Of a stretch of 64,000 nt of DNA, positions 61,254-64,000 are shown one piece after another. The stretch lies in IMG/VR virus record IMGVR_UViG_3300018080_008055; one strand, given 5' to 3'. The notes under the pieces are model-generated. The model was not told the origin of the DNA and did no database searches. It saw only the letters and a program-made list of their open reading frames with translations. Numbering within the stretch: the first letter of the stretch is position 1; each line of letters opens with the position of its first letter. The translations under genes and the position numbers were made by a program. Origin of the DNA: an uncultured virus (IMG/VR IMGVR_UViG_3300018080_008055) (Duplodnaviria > Heunggongvirae > Uroviricota > Caudoviricetes).

Positions 61254-63080
61254 TTATTTGATCTCTTTATGTATTTTTATTGATTCTTGAGGTTTTAGAT
61301 ACTTGATCTCTTTTCGGTATAATTTTTTATTTACGTGATCGAAAATATCTGCAAAGACTTGAACTTTATTATATTTATTATGGTTCTTTAATCCATATTC
61401 TATTTCGGGGTTGAACTTTTTTATTTTAATCGAAAAGGAACTTTTATGTAATTCAAAACATTTACAAGAAATAACCTTAAGAAGAGTCTTATCCGGAGAT
61501 ATACAAATTATATCTGGTTCTCCTCTTTCTCCATTTCTAATTACCTCCCATTCTTTATATTCCGGATCTTTTCTTAATTCATTTGCTCTATATATTTCAT
61601 ATAGCTCTCCTCTCTCTTTTGCTATATACCCGTCGTATTTCTTTTTTACGGCTGACAATTGAGGATCTGATAAACTTATTTCTAATTTTTCTCTAATTTT
61701 TTGATATGTCTTACCGGCTTTCATTAATTTGAAAATCTCTATATCTCTTTCAATATTTCTCCATTTTGAATTTTCATAATCGAAATTATCTAAGATTTTT
61801 TCAATTGGAATATCAAAAATTTCCTTTTCTTCAATTCCATATATTTGATTAAGTAATTCTTTCCGATTGTTTACTTCGGCCTCTTCCTCTTTGTTTTTCT
61901 CTTCATTGATCTTCCTATAAACTGTATTTACTAAATATTTGGTATAATCTGTATCAGCATTAATATTGAGGTCAAATATAAGCCAATCTTTTAGCTCTTG
62001 TTTTGACTTTCCAGAATAATTATTTTCTTTAGCATAATTATAAAGAACTCCAATATCTCTCTCCTTTTGTTCTTCAGTTAAAGAACCGGATTCAAATCCT
62101 CCGGAGTCTTCTAATTGTTCTAAGGCCTCCATTTTTGCTAAATCATAAAGATCTAATAATTCAATAATTGAACCAATATTCAAATTTGCATAACCCAAAT
62201 AGATTGCTCTTAAAGATTTTTTTTCTGGATCTATATATCTTATTAGAACTCTTGTTTCCCATTCCGCTTCTGGTTTGTCTTTTTTAAATCCAAATGGAAT
62301 TAAGATGAAATGAAGATTAGGAACGTAAGTAAAATCTGGAGTTGCTAGAATATAGTTTTTCTGTTTAACTCTAAAAGCCTTAATTATATTTTTGAAAGCT
62401 GTTTTAAAAGACCTAGAACCTGAACCGGAAATTTCATTATTTTCATCTTGAATATTAGTTCCTCCAGGTAAGATCTTGGGAAAGTTGTTTTTTGAACCGG
62501 AAAAATTTTGAGAATAGGTTAAATCCGTTTCTCCTTTCTTTCTTACTTGCTTTATTTCTTTAATGAATTTTTTGTTAAATTCTATTTTTTTTTTAATCTT
62601 TTCTATTAAATTTTTACTATGAATATTCTCTACATTTTTCATTAGTTTAATAATTCTTAACCTGGAGTCTCTAATCTCCTTTCTTAATTTCTTTAATTTC
62701 TTTGGTATATAATCTAAGAAATGTCTGTTGATTTTATGGTATAGCCAAACGGCTATTAGAGACTTACCTAATCCGGATTTATTATTAATTTCACAAACAA
62801 TATTACGATCATTCCGAATACAATCTTCGATATGTTCTAGTAGAATATCGGTTATATCTCTTTTTAAAGCATAAGGTCTAGTGAAATGGTTATTCCATTT
62901 TCTTTTCATTGCGTATTCTAATTTGTCTATGTAATAACGATCTAAGGCCGGATAATCATATTCCTCAAAATTGTTAGGATCTTTATATCTCCTCTTCCTT
63001 AGTGTATTAAAACCTCTGAATGATCTATTAAGTGAGGTTAAATAACCTCTCCGGTAATTATTTCTCTTACTGTAAGTCAT
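61254..63080 (-). CDS. P-loop ATPase (Zot/A32/FtsK-HerA-like) fused to HTH and a PD-(D/E)xK-like nuclease
   Basis: NNKSGLGKS, NIQDE, FRVKQKNYILATP; GKTYQKIREKL HTH; RGELYE...GEPDII...ISCK; track start 63086 is TTG. Confidence 0.65.
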   Translation of the reverse strand: MTYSKRNNYRRGYLTSLNRSFRGFNTLRKRRYKDPNNFEEYDYPALDRYYIDKLEYAMKRKWNNHFTRPYALKRDITDILLEHIEDCIRNDRNIVCEINNKSGLGKSLIAVWLYHKINRHFLDYIPKKLKKLRKEIRDSRLRIIKLMKNVENIHSKNLIEKIKKKIEFNKKFIKEIKQVRKKGETDLTYSQNFSGSKNNFPKILPGGTNIQDENNEISGSGSRSFKTAFKNIIKAFRVKQKNYILATPDFTYVPNLHFILIPFGFKKDKPEAEWETRVLIRYIDPEKKSLRAIYLGYANLNIGSIIELLDLYDLAKMEALEQLEDSGGFESGSLTEEQKERDIGVLYNYAKENNYSGKSKQELKDWLIFDLNINADTDYTKYLVNTVYRKINEEKNKEEEAEVNNRKELLNQIYGIEEKEIFDIPIEKILDNFDYENSKWRNIERDIEIFKLMKAGKTYQKIREKLEISLSDPQLSAVKKKYDGYIAKERGELYEIYRANELRKDPEYKEWEVIRNGERGEPDIICISPDKTLLKVISCKCFELHKSSFSIKIKKFNPEIEYGLKNHNKYNKVQVFADIFDHVNKKLYRKEIKYLKPQESIKIHKEIK

Positions 63081-63139
63081 ACTCAATTAATTATATAGTA
63101 AATTAAGTTAAAAAAGATTAGGTTAAAAATTGGGTTGAT

Positions 63140-63664
63140 TTATTCTGGATTTAATTCCTCCAAATTATTTCTTATATCTTCTTTCATTTCTCCTCTAACT
63201 TCTCTATACATTCTTGTTAGCATAGAACTAGTTAGTTTTCCATAAGTACCGATCTCTAATAACATATATCCAATTATTCTAAAGTGATAATCAATTCTTT
63301 CTAAAGTTGCATGAATGAATTTACGTAAATAGATTTGTATTAGTTTCGGTCGTTTTACATTATCTGTAAGCTCATAAGTAAGTAATTTTGTTATTCTTTG
63401 AAATTTCTTAACAACTTTATTATCAACTTGAATAGGAGTATTAAAGATAATTTGCATAATGTCTTGAATATCTATTTGTAAGATTGTAAGGAAATCAACC
63501 TCTTCATAGGCCGAGACATTAAGACTCTCTAAGGATCTAAGATATATTCTTATATCCATTAGATTATTCATTTGCTTTTCCATATCCTCAGATAAGAGTT
63601 TATATAAATCTAAATAAAACTTAAGTTTCATATCCTCTTCATCGTAAAACATATCCTCTCCCAT
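63140..63664 (-). CDS. Hypothetical helical protein
   Basis: ORF with GGAGGT RBS. Confidence 0.65.
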   Translation of the reverse strand: MGEDMFYDEEDMKLKFYLDLYKLLSEDMEKQMNNLMDIRIYLRSLESLNVSAYEEVDFLTILQIDIQDIMQIIFNTPIQVDNKVVKKFQRITKLLTYELTDNVKRPKLIQIYLRKFIHATLERIDYHFRIIGYMLLEIGTYGKLTSSMLTRMYREVRGEMKEDIRNNLEELNPE

Positions 63665-63665
63665 T

Positions 63666-63983
63666 TTAGAAACCTCCAGGCTTGAGGATATGTTTTAAAA
63701 ATGGAATGAATAGAGAATTGCTTGTTGAGTTTGTAGGTTCTTGAACTGTTGTTGCAACTCTAGATAATCCAAAAAGAGAGGGAAATAGTAAAATCATAAA
63801 GATTAGAACTGTTAAGGCTATTGTAGTAATAACAAAAAACATGGTTATCATTTGGTATTCCTTTTTGGGTTGTTTCCATGAAAACCGGCTTAATTCATGT
63901 TTCATTTCTGATAGTTCTTTAGCTCTTTTGCTTTGTTTTTTAAGTTGATCGGATAACATTGAGTTATGCTTTTCTAAATCCAT
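63666..63983 (-). CDS. Single-TM membrane protein
   Basis: Hydrophobic segment MITMFFVITTIALTVLIFMILLF. Confidence 0.65.
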   Translation of the reverse strand: MDLEKHNSMLSDQLKKQSKRAKELSEMKHELSRFSWKQPKKEYQMITMFFVITTIALTVLIFMILLFPSLFGLSRVATTVQEPTNSTSNSLFIPFLKHILKPGGF

Positions 63984-64000
63984 ATTATCATAAACTAATG

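Larger units (their letters stand above)
1..64000. mobile_element. Segment of a large archaeal (probably Lokiarchaeia/Asgard) virus or extrachromosomal element
   Basis: Strong single-strand coding bias; many short hypothetical genes; phage-type MTases, DUF5131 and PAPS-reductase-like genes; no housekeeping genes; archaeal promoters; Loki-like protein domains. No ends, integrase, capsid or terminase recognised. Confidence 0.75.

Noticed and set aside
540..61662. Most plus-strand ORFs in the track (540, 4622, 6455, 9904, 10260, 10498, 10758, 13982, 20786, 29227, 31307, 32031, 37823, 38103, 39906, 41738, 43649, 56381, 60606, 61411) and nested minus ORFs 4575 and 40048
   Set aside because: They are shadows of longer, motif-bearing minus-strand genes, with F/L/S-rich antisense composition.

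Overview
A very AT-rich (roughly 25-28% GC), gene-dense 64 kb segment with almost all genes on the minus strand. I found no rRNA, tRNA, CRISPR array or cellular housekeeping genes. It reads as part of a large virus or extrachromosomal element of an archaeon, most likely Lokiarchaeia (Asgard). Support for this: archaeal BRE/TATA promoters, PCNA-binding (PIP) boxes, a histone-fold gene, and several domains I recognise from Lokiarchaeia proteins (GHCSNLQAW...RNLAFPLL domain, FENLFLSD HEAT-like domain, GSGT-DPY beta-helix surface protein). Layout: (i) 0-7.4 kb, membrane/envelope module with a CPBP intramembrane protease; (ii) 7.7-15.4 kb, wHTH/RHH regulators and a three-copy ~135 bp element; (iii) 15.4-38.5 kb, a long operon-like run of small genes with DNA-modification and repair enzymes (two adenine MTases, UDG, DUF5131, OPRT-like); (iv) 39-46 kb, surface proteins, a nucleotidyltransferase and a GT-C glycosyltransferase; (v) 49-59 kb, an array of small basic genes each behind a copy of a ~30 bp promoter, including a 58 aa histone-fold gene missed by the ORF track; (vi) 59-64 kb, a PAPS-reductase-like gene and a P-loop ATPase-HTH-nuclease fusion. 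The most striking unexplained feature is a [S/T]-R-R-K peptide on the predicted cytoplasmic N- or C-terminus of about 12 otherwise unrelated membrane proteins, a candidate sorting or assembly signal. Also notable are C-terminal PIP boxes on DNA-modification enzymes and an approximately 10-fold excess of CCGG. All family assignments come from motif recognition by eye, with no database search.
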